Positions 49,501 to 63,992 of a stretch of DNA of 64,000 nt are shown here, piece by piece. Location of the stretch: NCBI GenBank assembly GCA_002633005.1, contig NMRA01000128.1, positions 299,165 through 363,164 on the forward strand, given 5' to 3'. Source of the stretch: Phoronis australis (Eukaryota; Animalia; Phoronida). A program made the position numbers and the translations under genes. Below the pieces are notes generated by a model. That model was not told the origin of the DNA, ran no database searches, and saw nothing but the letters and a program-made list of their open reading frames with translations. How positions within the stretch are numbered: position 1 is the first letter of the stretch; every line of letters begins with the position of its first letter.

Positions 49501-52373
49501 ACTGTGCACTCCTATTTTCATATAAATCGGTTTTCAACTTACGCTGGTAAAATTTCACAGACCAGTTGACACAGACTTATGCAAGTTCTATTGCAGCTCC
49601 ATTTAATCGTCAGGATAAAGTGCACTTTTAAGTGCTGGAACATGCTGCAGGTTATTACAAAGACCCACGTATAGCACAAAATAGGGATAAGATAGACATT
49701 GTGAAATGTAATTAATTCCATCCGTTAACAGGATCAGTTTGCACATATTTCTTCATTAGAGCGTGATTGCAGACCTTGTATACTGTAAAACCTGCCAGTG
49801 TCATTGTTCACCCAAGTCTGCATTTTTGGGTCATTTGACGCCAGTAAGGTAAAAAAGACGCATATTGGGTGTGTAGGCGCGTCATCTCAGACACAAGAAA
49901 TGAAAACCATCAATTTCTTTTTGGGTTTATCTTATATCGGTTAAAGTAATTACCTAGTTTGTCTCATTTTTCCTCCGCACATGTCTCTAAGTATGTATTA
50001 ATTTTCAAAATGTGCTTGTAGTGTGAAAATGTATGTAATATGCTCATTTGACATTCTAGGCTTGTAAAAACATTACCAAAAAGCGTAAAGTCCTTGATCC
50101 TCGCAAGATGAGGATGGAAGGAACTGAAGCAGCCAAATTCATTGGTCAGGTGGACAAGAAACCTGTCAAACAGGTAAAAATTTGGAATCGGTGTCTTGTC
50201 ATAAATGGAGCCAATAGTGGAGCAATGGATGACCTCTATTATTTGAACATAATCTTTGCTCTCTCTCCCTCATTGTCTTCTATTGATTCTTGCCTCAGAA
50301 TTTGACCTTTAAACTTTCCCTGGTTTGCTGCAGGGAAAAAGGAGTTTATATTATTTGCTAGGTACAAGCGCCATCTATGGTAAAAAGAATAAGCTCTGAT
50401 TTCGACACCATTCCATTTCCATCATGCTTTAGATCTGACATGCTTTGGTGATTTGAAATCTTTTGACTAATGCAAGAAAAGTTCAATCGAAATTCTAGTC
50501 TTTTTATTAATTTCAGTCATTAAAAGAAATGTGAGATTTTCATGTTTCGCTCACTTACCATGTTTGAAAGTGTATCTTCCAAATATCCTATTTCTCATTT
50601 TTGAAGCTGTGATAGATTGTCCTTAAGTTAACCGGCTGAACTACATTTAACAATTCTGGACATGCGCCCACAGGCAAAATCAATAAAATGATTTACGGAG
50701 ATTACACTTAACAGACTGATGGAGCCTATCTATCATTTTTCCATGTAAAGCCACTTCCACCAGCTCTGTTAAGCTCACCGTTGTAACGCACTTTTCATTG
50801 ATTCTGTGACCACGGTAGTTGTTTAATTATATAACACTGTCAGTGGACCTCCTCATTGAAGCCTTGTGGGAGTTTCAGTTGTGAGCAGAGCTTTCTCAGT
50901 CTCTTGGTTTGAATAAGCGATCTCAAGTACTAGCATTCACTAACGACAGCCAGATCATTAAACCACTGTCCTGGGGGTGTAATTAGCTGTCGAATGTTAC
51001 TAATTCTTTGCGTGTTTTGTTCGTGGCAAAAGGTGCAAATCACCGTAGCTTCCTCACGTCACCATGGAAACGCACCAGGGTTATTTGTTTGATGACCTAC
51101 TGTTGAGGCTATGGCAATTTGTTGTTTGTGTTTGTATCAGGGTTTGATGGATTTTGATTTAAAAATCATTTCTTGTGAATGTAATTACATTTACGCACAA
51201 AGTGGAACGTACCAAATAACTCGTAATTTGCTGCGAGGTGTGAACATCTTTATTTACTTTAATTGAATTTGTCCAATTACCTTTTGAAATTTTTATGAAT
51301 TGAAATTATTGATTTCAGCGAATTGCCATGGTGTGTAAATTTAAGTGCGTTAATTCTTCACGTATTTAGCACACAATATGAAGTGAAATTGTTTTTCGTA
51401 AAATATCTACACAAAAATAGAGATTTAGAAACTTTTTATGCTATTATTGGCGTGGCTTGTACTGTGTAGATGTCATAAAAATACTCCATTATTTGAGTGA
51501 TCAGACTTTGAAAAGTGGAAAAATGACATTTTGGAATTATATTTTGTGCGAAAAAAGTGGGAGAATTACCATTAGTTACCTTCAGTGGTCAGAACAACGT
51601 TAGCAAAGAGTGGATTTAATCACGCTTTCATTATTACCTATCTTAAACGAAAAAAAAATATGTACTGTGCTGATAACTTGGTAGATTAAGTGTCTGTTAC
51701 AGACTAACTGTATTGAAAGCATGATAGTAGTGTTTACATCAGCATGTCTTTTGAAGAGCAATGTTGGCATGTGTTGGCTAACTTAACCTCTCTGTGTAGT
51801 GTTAGCTAGTAGTCATTCTATGACTTAAGTACGTAGTTCACTTGAGCTATGCCACTGACTACAGAATGTATGGACATCTTGATATTTTTTCCTGACTGTT
51901 TATTAATTTCTCTTTGTGTGTTTTAGGTAGTCTATTTAATGCTTCCTCACAGTTGCTTTTTATTCATTTTTAAAATGCAGCGCAGTGAGAGTAAGCATTT
52001 TTGAACAACGTGAGATGTGAAATCATGTTTTGGCACAGCCAAATGTCAGAAAGCTGCGTAATTGTATTGACATGTATAAAAACAGTTAACTCATTACTTA
52101 AAGATTTATTAATTATTTTAGAAAAACAAAGTGGATTGGAGAAAACAACACAAGGAATTCATCGAGTCTATTCGCTATGCAAAGAAGTGTACTGAGATTG
52201 AGGCCCAGGGGGGCAGTGTGCTCGATCTACCTCCACCACCCAAGAGTGAAAATTTGGATTACAAGCAATGTCCATATTGCAAGCGAAAGTTCAACCCAGA
52301 CACTGCTGACCGCCACATACCTAAATGTAAAGACATCAAGGCCAGACCTGCACCACCAAAGAAGAAACGTTAA
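46574..52373 (+). CDS. ZC2HC1C: Zinc finger C2HC domain-containing protein 1C-like (FAM164C family), about 596 aa, 5 coding exons
   Basis: Exons 46574-47536, 48220-48546, 49253-49387, 50060-50173, 52122-52373 total 1791 nt in frame. N-terminal SRLQLLQADFQKRQLRQKEEKL coil, an E/R-rich helix, two C2HC fingers (CPNCGRKFNADRLQKHAKAC and CPYCKRKFNPDTADRHIPKC) and WRKQHKEFIESIR. The family is secure; the 1C versus 1A/B assignment is less so. Confidence 0.85.
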
Positions 52374-54471
52374 TTTAGATATTTTTGTCTTAATTCACGT
52401 GTATTTTGTTGTTAATTTATTGTACATTAGTACATACTATAGTTTTATTCTTGTTTCTACTCATGTTGCTCTTTTAGTGATTTGCATAGTTTAGAACCAA
52501 ATTTTTATTTAGCTAAAATTACAATACAGCTTATCTGGAATAAAAAATCACAATTTTATGTTTGTGGAAGTAGTCTTAAAAGTTTTATTATTTTGTTTAC
52601 AAACTTATTGTTTTTGTATATTAAATTATCAAGAAATAAAGCCAAATGTTAGAGAAATATTTTGTCAGTGGTTGAATTTAAAAAATGTTTACCTTACCTG
52701 TTTTGGGAAGCTTTGTTTTTGCTGTGATTTAGTCAACTGGTGTATGTTTTATAAATAGATCATTAACTTTTGCATAATATACCAGCCAAAGATATATTAA
52801 CACAGGTGACATAGTGACGTAACTATTCGTATTATGTGACTTCTTTCACCACACTGGTTTTCAAAATTTCCCTCTTTTCACTAGCCTCCGCGGCTCAGAT
52901 TACTTTGAGCTTAGTGCAGGCGTACTTGTCATGCCTTTTAGTAAATACATGTATGTGTTTCTGTGACAAGTGTCGTATATGGAGACACTGTTATCAGCGT
53001 GTTTCTATGACATGTTAGGTACATGTCGCAGCATTGGCACAAACAACATATATGTACCTGACTCAATGTGAATACCAAGCATCGCATAATTTTAATGCGT
53101 CATCTGTGTCGCTGAAAAAGATTTGACCCATAGTCTCTGATTAGTTTGATGTTTTGACAAACTTTTTGTGTAGAAGTCTGCTTTTATGTACTTGAATTGG
53201 CAATAAAACACAGATTAGTTGGGTGTTTGTTGTGGTCAGACAGTAAACTTTTGACCCTGTAATACTTTAGGCTCTTATTGTAATTAGACTGGCGAGAATG
53301 AGATATAATCAAGTAACCAGCTTCAGGTCTTAATGATTTCCTGGTATTACGCCATATCACTGGAATACACTATCTATTATCCAATAAATTTTTTTTCATG
53401 AGTATTTATTCTGCTGCCCGCCATAGCATTAAATGTAATAGTACACTTTCTTATTATTAATTTGATGGGACTACTCGGGATATTTTTCAGTTGTGACAGC
53501 TCCTATATCAAAAACAAAATTATTTTGCTTTGAAAAGTTCTTTATTATAAAGGTAGATTTAGTCAGGTTGATAACGGTCTGTTCTAAAATGATTAGTAAC
53601 GAGTAGAGTAAAATATTGCATTTTGGGAAATGAACTGAAAAAACATAGTAAATAAGTCACCAGAAATAATTGACATTGCTGTTCCTTTTGGTAACCTAGC
53701 GATGAATGACGTGTGTTTGTTAGTTACTGTCACACCATCCTGACAGTATCCGCTTATTAATGATAACGAACCAAAAAGATGATGCTAATTCATGATATGT
53801 TTTCTTGCAGTTTACAAGTATGTAGTTACATGTAACTCCACATCTTTACAAAACGGATGTATTATGATGCCTGCCACATAAATGTAAGGGAATGACATGA
53901 AACGACATCAAGATCTGAGATCTTGTTGCTTTGTACGACAATTGTATTGTCGGGTAGGGTCGGAGATTAACAATGGAGTGTGCTGATCAGACAGATCCTC
54001 AAATAAAAGAAGACGCACCTACTCATTAAAGTTGAGTTCACATACATGTTGATAAAAAATGCAATGCATGGATTATCTTTTCCTGGAAGGTGATTTTCGT
54101 TCAGTTTCACTCAAAATGTACATGGCGACTGTTATCAACAACTGATTGTCAGAAAAACAAGAGAAGCTGTGAAGGATTATAACGTTGTTATTGTGAATTA
54201 TGGCCTGCAATATAAACTTGAATGTCATAATTTACAACAGTGTTGTTTGACATAAAAGTAAAGAATAATGTGATCAGTTTTTCCGAAATGTTGAATATGA
54301 ATTTTAATTGCTTCCTTCTCCATATTTTGAATTACACTTAAAAAATGTACTGAAAGCTGTTTGGTAACGCCTTTTAAGGTGTATTTTAAGTGAACTGAAT
54401 TTTTCTTAGCAATTACCTTGAAACTTTTAGAACAGCCAATTGAAATGCATATATGTATATGTATAACTATG

Positions 54472-54522
54472 TATACATACATACATACATACATACATAC
54501 ATACATACATACATACATACAC
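54472..54522. repeat. (TACA)n microsatellite
   Basis: About 12 TACA units. Confidence 0.95.
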
Positions 54523-55830
54523 ACATGTATGTTTTATTGAGTTAAGTTAAACAATGAACCATATGTTTGTAAGTGTCATTCTATTAATTTTCAGGTCTTC
54601 TAAGCTGCTGTAATGAAATATGTATGTCACACAAGGCCAGTCACAGACAACAGCTTTCAGTTTTGTTATTATGAACCAAAAAGTGACATAACCCCATTAA
54701 TTTTGTTTTTGTCTGGAGTAAATTGTTGAAGTTTTTTGATATGATATTCATCTTCTACAAGTGTTAGTCACATAAAATACACGATCTATTCTCTATGGTG
54801 ATTTTCAAATGTATTCCCTTTACTATTTGTAAGTTTTGATTTAAACATCTAAATTTTGCTAAAGCTTTCAGATATTTTCTGGTTTTCACACATGACACAC
54901 ATTTTCAGAGGCAATTTGCTGTTTGCATAATCTGTTAGTATCTGATTTACTAATACTCGGCCACTCCTCGTTTTTTCTGCTGCCCACCAATGTCCAAATT
55001 TTGTTGCTTAAAATTTCCTCAAAAATAGACTCACATCCCCAACCGCATGAGTTTCTCAAACAATGCCAAATCCAAAATTAAACAATATAACTACTTCACT
55101 GCACAGGCACAGCGTCCAACAGTTGATATTTCGTTCAGCCAAATTGTAATGATTGTTATAAGAGATTTCTATATAGTACCTGTTTCTCATCAACATTAAG
55201 CGATTTCAACCAGTGTTTAATGCTTCACGAACTATTACACAATATACTTTCCCAGTCCTCCCCTCTTATGTTGGGGGAATCTTGCCCAAGACCCAATGGG
55301 GATTTATAAAACTGGAACAAAAAATTTCTGGCACATCCTAACCCCATCATGATGTCTCTGAACCGTATTGCAGTGTCGGTTTGAAAATTGCGACCTAGCA
55401 AGTTACTGGTACCTCTTTAAACTGGAACATCTGTTTTTCATTGAAAATAATACTTTGGGTACTTCTTGCATGCTAAACGTTTTTGCCCTTTCATCTTGAA
55501 ATTTTGAACAAATTAAACTTCATTCTTTCCATACTGAATGTTTTTAAAACAATTAAACCATGAATTAACGAGTATTTTGATTAGACGTAAGCAGATTCTA
55601 TCCGACGTTTGCTTTTCATCCGTTACCACTGAGTACTAGTGTCAGTAAGCATTTTCGCATACTAGAATTTCTTTTTTTCTTGCAGGTTTTAATTCCTGCA
55701 ATTTACGGTTCTCAACTAAATCATTAAAAGCAGTTTTATCTCAACAGAATGATTTGGAATTTCTTCAACTCTTCCATGTTTTCCGATTCCTTATCAAACC
55801 AGTGCTTTTGCTTTTGGTTTCAACTTAACA
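54472..55830 (-). mobile_element. Heavily decayed LINE ORF2 fragments with a probable microsatellite tail
   Basis: Minus-strand peptide fragments in order, broken by frameshifts and stops: KHWFDKE (~55800), IKHWLK (~55220), FNFGFG...HAVGDVSLFL (~55050), KALAKFRCLNQNLQI...ENRSCILC...VEDEYH (~54750-54870). These are followed by AATAAA and (TATG)n. Confidence 0.65.
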
Positions 55831-57229
55831 CACTGCCACTTCACTGGTGAACTACACTTGATTGGTCACGTTATCATCGACCCTGTTGAAGGTGTTATAA
55901 ATGTAAATGATTAACAGTTTGGACGGCGGAATGAAACTGATTGACTTCGGCAACTTTGTCTCCAAAAACTGAGCTGTTCGAATTTGATGTTTCAATGTAT
56001 GTCATGTTTGGAAATTTGGACGAAGCTCTCTTTAGAACTCGAATAGCTCGTTTGTGAGATGGAACTGTGGAGTGGTAACATGCGTCATGGAAATTCCCCT
56101 GAGCGGCAACTTGTATGACTTTGATAGACTAAGCCAGGCAACCCTACAACTAAAATTTAGGACTACAGATTTTTCAATCAACGTTTTTAAAAAGTTGTTT
56201 CGTCCCGCTGGTTCATGAAACTTACAGGAGATGAGAAATAAATGATGTCCTACACGTGTAACCACTTGCCTTGTAGACTTCTACTCGTGTAACGAGATTT
56301 TTCGGTGATCTCAGTCTCGACTCCCAACTATTGTATTTTTACCTAAGGAGTCCTTGAACATTGAATTAGATTATTACGCAAATCTTTCGGTACGATAGTC
56401 CCATTTACGGTAATATATGAGCGTAGGGTGTATCGCTTGAACGACCTGTCGGATAGGGAATTTCTCATAATAGTCGGATTTTGTGAGTTTTACCACAGTT
56501 TCAAGGTATGCCGGTCTAAATGAATTTTTAAACAGCTCTGTGGAATCAGTGGGAAGAAACTTGTCGCATTATCTGTATATAATCCTATTTGTTCGATGTA
56601 GACTTTTTCATAGTTTACATGACACCGGAACGGTAAGAACATTTTTTTGTGTGTGGAAATTCCCAGCAGTGATACTGCTTTGGAAAAGCAAATATATATT
56701 TTTAACGCCAGAACATTTTTGACAGCTTCGTTAACAGTAACGCAATATTTTCATGGGTGTGCGAAGTTGCACATCATATTTGTTGCTGCACCAGTGTCAT
56801 CAACTGAACGCAGTATTTTCTGAAACAGTCACTTCGAAGTCATACTGTTTTGTTACAAAATTTAACTCTCTCTGCTAAAGCATAATAGATGCTGGAGATG
56901 GAAACTACTAATTTTTTAGAGTACCTAAAGTTATTTGGCGAAAAGTGTGACAACTTTTCCCCAAGATATTGAATGGAATTACAAAGGCAAATTAACACTA
57001 GTGCTGGAATCAAGTCACATCTGTATTGGAATATTTGAAACATAGCACCAGGCACTAACAAATCAAATTAAAGAGGGAACATGAGTCAAATTTTGTGTGT
57101 GCTATTCAGGAAGTGCATGCTCACACAGATACCCTGGGATCTACTTGAGTGGCCACCCAACATTTTAAGAATATCAAAAAATCCTTGGATAAAAGAGTGA
57201 ATCCTGAAATCGAAAAGTCTTGAAATAAT

Positions 57230-59855
57230 TATCAATATTTTTATTCAATAATTCAAAAATGGATGAGTGTTACAATGATGTAATAATAATGTACACCTTC
57301 AATAAGAGCAAGAGATGGCTGACCCTTGTCAACTATAAAAGACACTCACATGACCTATTTACAAAAAATAGAATATCAGTTGCCCACCAGGTGGCCTTCA
57401 CACACCTATTAATTTGTGTATGAACAAATAAACAAAACACTAGCAGAAAGGGAACAGCAAAGACTTCTGTTAAAAACATTACTTAAGTCACCTCAACCAT
57501 TCACTTCTAGATAGTTGACTTTCTAAGAGACTAATAAAAGTAATGCACTTGGCACTGGTTCAACTTAACAGAGCTCTGGCATATGAAAAAATAAAACAAC
57601 TCCAAACACTTTAGACATAATCCTGGGAACACAAGCATCAAATCAACATTTTTGGTTAAACCGAGTAAGAGCTAGATACTAATGTTCTACACACTTTGTA
57701 TGACGGAGACATCAAGAAATTTCGTGGCGTTTCTTGCTGAACATTCCAATAAAACAAATCAGATTTCCCTTCTAGCACTCATGTGTTGACAAACCTAACC
57801 ATATAATGGTTTTTGGAGTTTCGATTTCTAAGGTGCAACACACAAAATAATAAATCCATCTGGTAATTATTTGCTTTACTCTGGCATCAACAGAGCAGAG
57901 CACACAAGTACCGCATGAGGGCTGCAACACTGACCTGTGAAATTGACAGACATTTGTTAAGGAATGATGGGAGGGACATGTTGGACTGACAACTCTTGCT
58001 GCCCTCTACAGGACAAAAAGCGATTTAAGATTCATTGACAAAGCATTTGCCTCTTTGTCACACACTGTGCTAATGTATGTCAGAGTACCAGCAGGAAGTT
58101 GCAGGAGTCGTCTATCTCGCATGACAGGTCAACAATGCCTTGATGGGCATGTGCAGGTAGCCATAAGGAGCTACACAATAAATGGCTAGCTTGTGTACAC
58201 AAGCAGCCAACCTATGCAATTAGAAATGGTTGTAGCCTACTTGACAAGTTTTTGTAATAATCTTATCTGATTCATGAATAACAAAACCTGTTGTAGCATG
58301 TCACTTTCACACACTGCATTTTTATGTTTTGTTTTCAGGAAACACTTTAGTTTCAAATCTCAACTAACTGTTTTAAATTACGGTTCTGAGTACAGATACT
58401 GGACTATTTACAGATTAAGAAGCAAATTGTACATAGCTAACTTAACATGGACAAATAAACAAAACAGACAGTGTGACAAAATAAACGATAAAATAAAAAT
58501 AAAAAACATCAATTATATCTCCTCTCTAGCAAGCTGTGATTAAACAACACAACAATGATTAGCGTCTAATAGGCAAACTGCTCATCTATGGAGCAAACTG
58601 AGATCTTCAGCTAAAATAATCTACCAAAAGGTGACGGTAAGACTACATATCCTTTGTACAAACATGAGGAGTTGCACATGAGCCACAGACACCCAGTGAC
58701 AATCCCTCAGATTTGCACGTTTATCACAGAAAGAATGTCAGTTTTAGACAACGTAGTTACATTCCATGGCTGAACCATACACTACCTCATTTTAATCATT
58801 TTCACGTATCAAAAATTAGAATGTTTCCCACAAGAATGCCTATGCTATCCTATCATTTAAGAAAAAAAATCACCAGCATATTGAAAACTTTAATTCACAG
58901 CTATGACATAACAGATACAGGCATATCAATCATTCACTTCAACCTTTTTCACATTAAACAAAATACCTGTCAGAAGTTGACTGTCAATTTTGTTTCATTA
59001 AATTATTCCACAAGATAAAGCAGTTTTGATCTACTTTCAAAATAAGTCATAAAACAATACGACCCTGTGAACAGGCACCTTAATCTTTGTGAATCAGTGT
59101 CAACTTCAACTAACAATTGTGCCAGCAATATGGACATAACTTGGCTTGTGCGCGCTATAAAAATTCACACGAACGTCAATCAAATGAGGTATTCTAATCC
59201 CTGTGGTCACCAAATCTCACAGACACACAAAAATAGTTACGTTTACATAATGGAATGCAGCACTTTTTAGACATCAACCGTACAAACATTAAACACACTG
59301 CTTCAAGTTTCTCATCTCCAAGCAACAGCCAACAGAGGGCAGGACCAGAGGCCTGCTTCTTGGGTAAAACCATTTTGGCTTGTGACTTCCAGCTAAAGTC
59401 AAATGTTGGTAACGAATTTTTGAATAGACAAACCTTAAATTTTCTTTTGTTTACTTACTGCAGTATTAGCCAACAAAATTTAGTCTTTAAATTGCAACTT
59501 CAAAAATGGTTATGTCATTTCAGGAATTTAAAATTCCTGAAGAACACTGTATCAGTCAAAGCCAAATATAGAGACTACAACAAGAAGGCAAACACCAAAA
59601 GTACATTTGAGAAAGAGGCCCCAAGGCAAAACAGTGATGTCTGTCTTGGGTGCACAAATAGTCAAACATTAGCTTGTATGCACAAGTCAACTAATAGGCA
59701 CACATTAACCAGCATGCACGTGACGGCTAGTATGCACATGATGGCTCCTCCACAGGGGTTATGGGATTGTAGGGCGTACTGCTGATGGATCGGAACGAAA
59801 AGACAGACGGATCGGAGAAGCACTTGGGTTGTCGCACTGCACCCGCGTTTAAGCT
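57230..59855 (-). other. Probable terminal exon and long 3' UTR of an unidentified minus-strand gene extending to the right
   Basis: A strong acceptor (TGCTTGTTCTTTCAG at ~59856) is followed by a GC-richer segment with two open frames (SLNAGAVRQPKCFSDPSVFSFRSISSTPYNPITPVEEPSCAY* or ELKRGCS...QANV*). Downstream are ~2.5 kb of U-rich sequence and AATAAA near 57240. No upstream coding exon was recognised. Confidence 0.4.
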
Positions 59856-61156
59856 CTGAAAGAACAAGCAAGATATGGTTAGATCTTTTGCATCGTAACT
59901 CACCTCTACACTAGACCTGCCGTCAACATAAGATACCCTAGGTAGGAGTTGTAGCTTTGAATGAGATTATTTTTAACCTGGGAATTCAGAGACACGCCTT
60001 TACAAAATTATAAACTTTAGTTTGTAAGTGCAGCATCATCATCCAAATTCTTAAAAGCTGGAACACTACTACCACAATTTCTATTTGAAATATACACCAC
60101 CCATCTAGTAGCGCATCAAAACTGAACATATAAACTTCATAATCCTACACCAATTAACACCAGCCTGTCTAGCCTAATCAAATTACTTTTTAATCATAAA
60201 TATTTTCTGATTAGCTGCTCCAGGCCTTGGCAGGATGCCGCTCAGGATCAAACCACGATCAACCCTTTGATGTCATTTCATGGTAATAAAATGACTTAGG
60301 TGGCAGCTAAGAGTTTAAGTGCTGTATTATCATTTCATTTGAACATTTGCCCAATCAGCTAACAACATGTCCACACTGGGAGCTACATGAGAACAACTAC
60401 ACATCCTACACCATGTGACAAATATGTCACAAAAAATGATTAGACAACTCTATGTGTGTAAGCAAGGTCACAGCTGGTAATTATTAAGGCCTTGTCTGCA
60501 CATTTGTGACTACACTGCAGCTTCTTGCACTGGGGCACATTATCCTATCTAGATAATATGTGGTAAGTTGTCACATGTGTCAAGGTGTCCCAGGGCAAAT
60601 AATGCCAGACTACTACTACTCCTATTAATTAAACCAAGTGACAACTCATTCCAAGGGTTCTTGGTCCAGGTAACTTGCAGGCAGCCTGTGTGGCACTGTA
60701 GTCTGATCTCCATTTTCTGATGTAACAGATTGATTGGAAAGATCTGGGCACTAATTATAGGAAAATTTTACCTTGGATAAGAAAAATGACATTACATTGC
60801 CACTGCATGCTGTCACATAACTTAATCGCTGAGTAATGTCACTGTTATCAATGATATTGAAATATAGGGTTAGCGTCAAAAGTGCCGTCCACACACACAC
60901 ACTTACCTTAGAACAAGTTACACAAAGAAAGAGTTGTTGCTGGGTTCAGAGGCTGCGTGGATGCTATGTAACTTAGTGCAACTTAGCCTACTTAAGACAA
61001 CTTACTCCACCCATTTCCAGGTTAAGGGTAACTTGTTGTGGGGTATGCGCTACTTCTAATTCATGTGTGACCGCAAACCTGAGGCAAAGCGGAAGTAATT
61101 ATCAGGTGCATTAACATACCCACGGGTTTTCTTTTCGCGCCCGTACTCTCATTAGG

Positions 61157-61228
61157 TGTGTGTGTGTGTGTGTGTGTNTGTGTGTGTGTGTGTGTGAGTG
61201 TGTGTGTGAGTGTGAGTGTGAGTGTGTG
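61157..61228. repeat. (TG)n / (TGAGTG)n microsatellite
   Basis: Read directly; contains one N. Confidence 0.95.
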
Positions 61229-63959
61229 CAATTTGTTCTAGAGTAGGCCTATCTTAAACAATAAGAAACACCCAACACTTGAGGAAGTTGGCTCAAGACA
61301 TCATTAAGTTCACATATGTCACAATTACTTCCCTAATGGGCTTACAATGAATCATTAACCAAACTATAAAGAGACTTCATTACTTGATTAACATGATAAC
61401 AGTAGGCCCTAGTTAGTTCCTATGAGCTGTTACATATATGTAGGAAACTTCTTCAAGACCAGTTGCCAAACGAAAGGGTGCCTTTTCTGACAAAATTACT
61501 AACAAAAATGTGCCTTTTCCTACGTAATTCTCAACAAAAGGGTTCACTCTGTCCATTTGAAATTGGACAAAAGGTCCAAATACAAACATTTACGGAACTC
61601 AACATCATCTATACAAATAAACTTTACTTCTCTGTTTCCGTGGCCACTGTCTACACAGGTAGGTATCCTCATCTTCCATCCCTACCCCCACCCCCCACAC
61701 AGGCTAGTGGAGCATTAGCAGTTGTGATAACTAAATACATCTTCGGCCTCTCGAATGACATGAAAATGTGTGTAATTGAGTGTTGATGTATTCTTAGGAA
61801 CCACAAGTTTTTGAGATACAGAAAGTGAAAATGAAAGTTCTCAAGCCTTCATGATGTTTATCATTACAGCAACCAGTGACAGAGTAGGCTAACTTGACAC
61901 AGTTCCAAAAGCTTGATAAAATAAACTGCAGTCACCAAACCAGACCCAGGATGTAATAGCACAGCTTAAGATGTGCATGTTACTGTAGCATATATCTGAT
62001 ATGATGGGAGCCAAAAAGTTGAAATAGTCTGACATGCACATGGCTTCAGACTGAATAAATGTTCTCTCGCACAGGGCTTGGAACTCAGCACCCAGCTTGG
62101 AAATAATCCTTGTGCAGAGGAAAACAGCGAATACATAACAACTGCAAAGCCACAATGACCTGACTACTTAAGTTGACCACCTGTGCTTGCAATGTCATAC
62201 AAAACATAAAGACGACAAACAACCTTCTACAAGCCAATTCCAAAAATTAACAACTATTTATCAAAATGAAAAAATCCATCTGGTGTAGCTACTCTAGAAA
62301 ACTTTCCAGAATATCAATCTCCCACTCCCAGTAGTAAATGAACTATCGCCAGGATTATGACTGACGGCTTAACTAACCAATCAGAACGCAGCATTCTTGA
62401 CCCACCTTTGCGTTTCCAAGCTGCCATTTTATCCGACAAACAATGTTGTTGTCGGTAAAGCTTATTTTAGTCTATACCTCAAAAAATTGTGCGATAAGAA
62501 TGATGAAAGGGTGTTGATATGGCGTGTGTAGTTCTGACAGCCGTTATACGGGTCAAGAAGAATATCCCGTAATTTTTTGGGCATTTCCTAAGCCAAAAAG
62601 TGTTGTCGACTGAGTAAACGATGGATCAAACTGTGTGGACGGCCACACGAGCAGCTAAACTTAACAATGTTGCTGCTTTACTACAAGGTTAAACACAAAA
62701 TTAATATATTTGTTCCAAGATACGTACTTTTTAGTTTAGTAGCTATACTGTAGGCCTATCTGATTTTGATTCTGGAGTTTCGCTCGTGGGGGTGCCTTTG
62801 TCTCGGCATCTGCTAGATCCCAGCACTAGTCTAACGGTAGTCCCCGGAAAGTTGTTTTTAAGGACATTTTTATTGTTTTTAATTTATTTCGACCAATAAT
62901 GGACATCATTCTGCTTCGTAGCACAGGTGAATTTTTGTTATTCATATACCCGTAGGCTAGCGTTCAACTTAACTTCTCACCAAAATTGATAGATCCGATC
63001 GACACATGCAGGGAGGGCACTAGATTGAACTCAAAGCCTCCTTCAAGCAGTTGTCATGAGAAGCTCTAGTATACACTACATCTGTAGAGTTAAGGAGAGG
63101 TCATTTTGTAGTTGGTCAAACACGATACTTGGATTTATGAAGCTTTAAAAACAACTTTAGTTTTTTATAAATGTGATGGCCAATACTTGCCACAACACCA
63201 GACTTGTCATTTTTGTTACCATACCACAGCTTAGTGATCATCCTACTTTTAAAGTTAAATGCAAACTACCTTTATGCAATAAAACTACAAAAAGTATGAA
63301 GTTCATCAGAAGGTTTGTCTATTTCTGGTGCACTGAATTACAGCCAATTCCATGCGTTAATTTGACATTTGGACACAGCCCTAGACCTATCGGAGCTAAC
63401 TGCTTGCCTAGGATAAGATGAGTTTGTGCCTGAGCTACCAACCTGATTTTTTTAATCAAAATATTTTGCTCGAAGATTTGAAAAGTATAAACAGTGCTAT
63501 CGACTCGACCTACTTTACTTGGAGAATACAATCAGTTGTGACCTACTTTTCATTTGGTGGAATTTAACAGCCGGCAGAATAAAAATATCGGCGAATCTTC
63601 ACTGATTTTGTTCGAAATATCCTAAAATTTATGACATCGTACAGATAATTCGACTTTAAGGCAAATACACAGCTTTACATGAACATATCGGATCAGTGCC
63701 CTTGTCAGTTTTCAAGTGAAGGTAAACACCGTGTGGGATTCTTTGGATTTTCGCTGGCTCCAAAACACTTTTCTTTGAAAACTTATTTTTTCATCGTCAC
63801 AGCTTTACAAATTCCCTATGCATGAACATACGATTCTCAGCTGAAAAGTACCGCCTGTTGCCTCTGTCGAAGCCCTTTCGAAAAAAAACGCTCATCAATT
63901 CCACCAGGAACGTTTAGCTACTGTGTATTTGCCTCTGACATCTTGCTTGTTTGTCGGGT

Positions 63960-63992
63960 GTCACGTGACTTTTCGCAAGGAGGCGGAGCTTG
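63960..63992. promoter_or_regulatory. CLEAR/E-box palindrome plus GC-box at the window edge
   Basis: GTCACGTGAC at 63960-63969 and GGAGGCGGAGC at ~63979-63989, in a CpG-rich context. Confidence 0.35.

Noticed and set aside
54225-54524. 99-aa ORF beginning MCMYVCMYV
   Set aside because: It is the translation of the (TACA)n microsatellite.
59255-59785. 176-aa plus-strand ORF
   Set aside because: It has no domain or convincing splice context and lies antisense to a probable 3' UTR.
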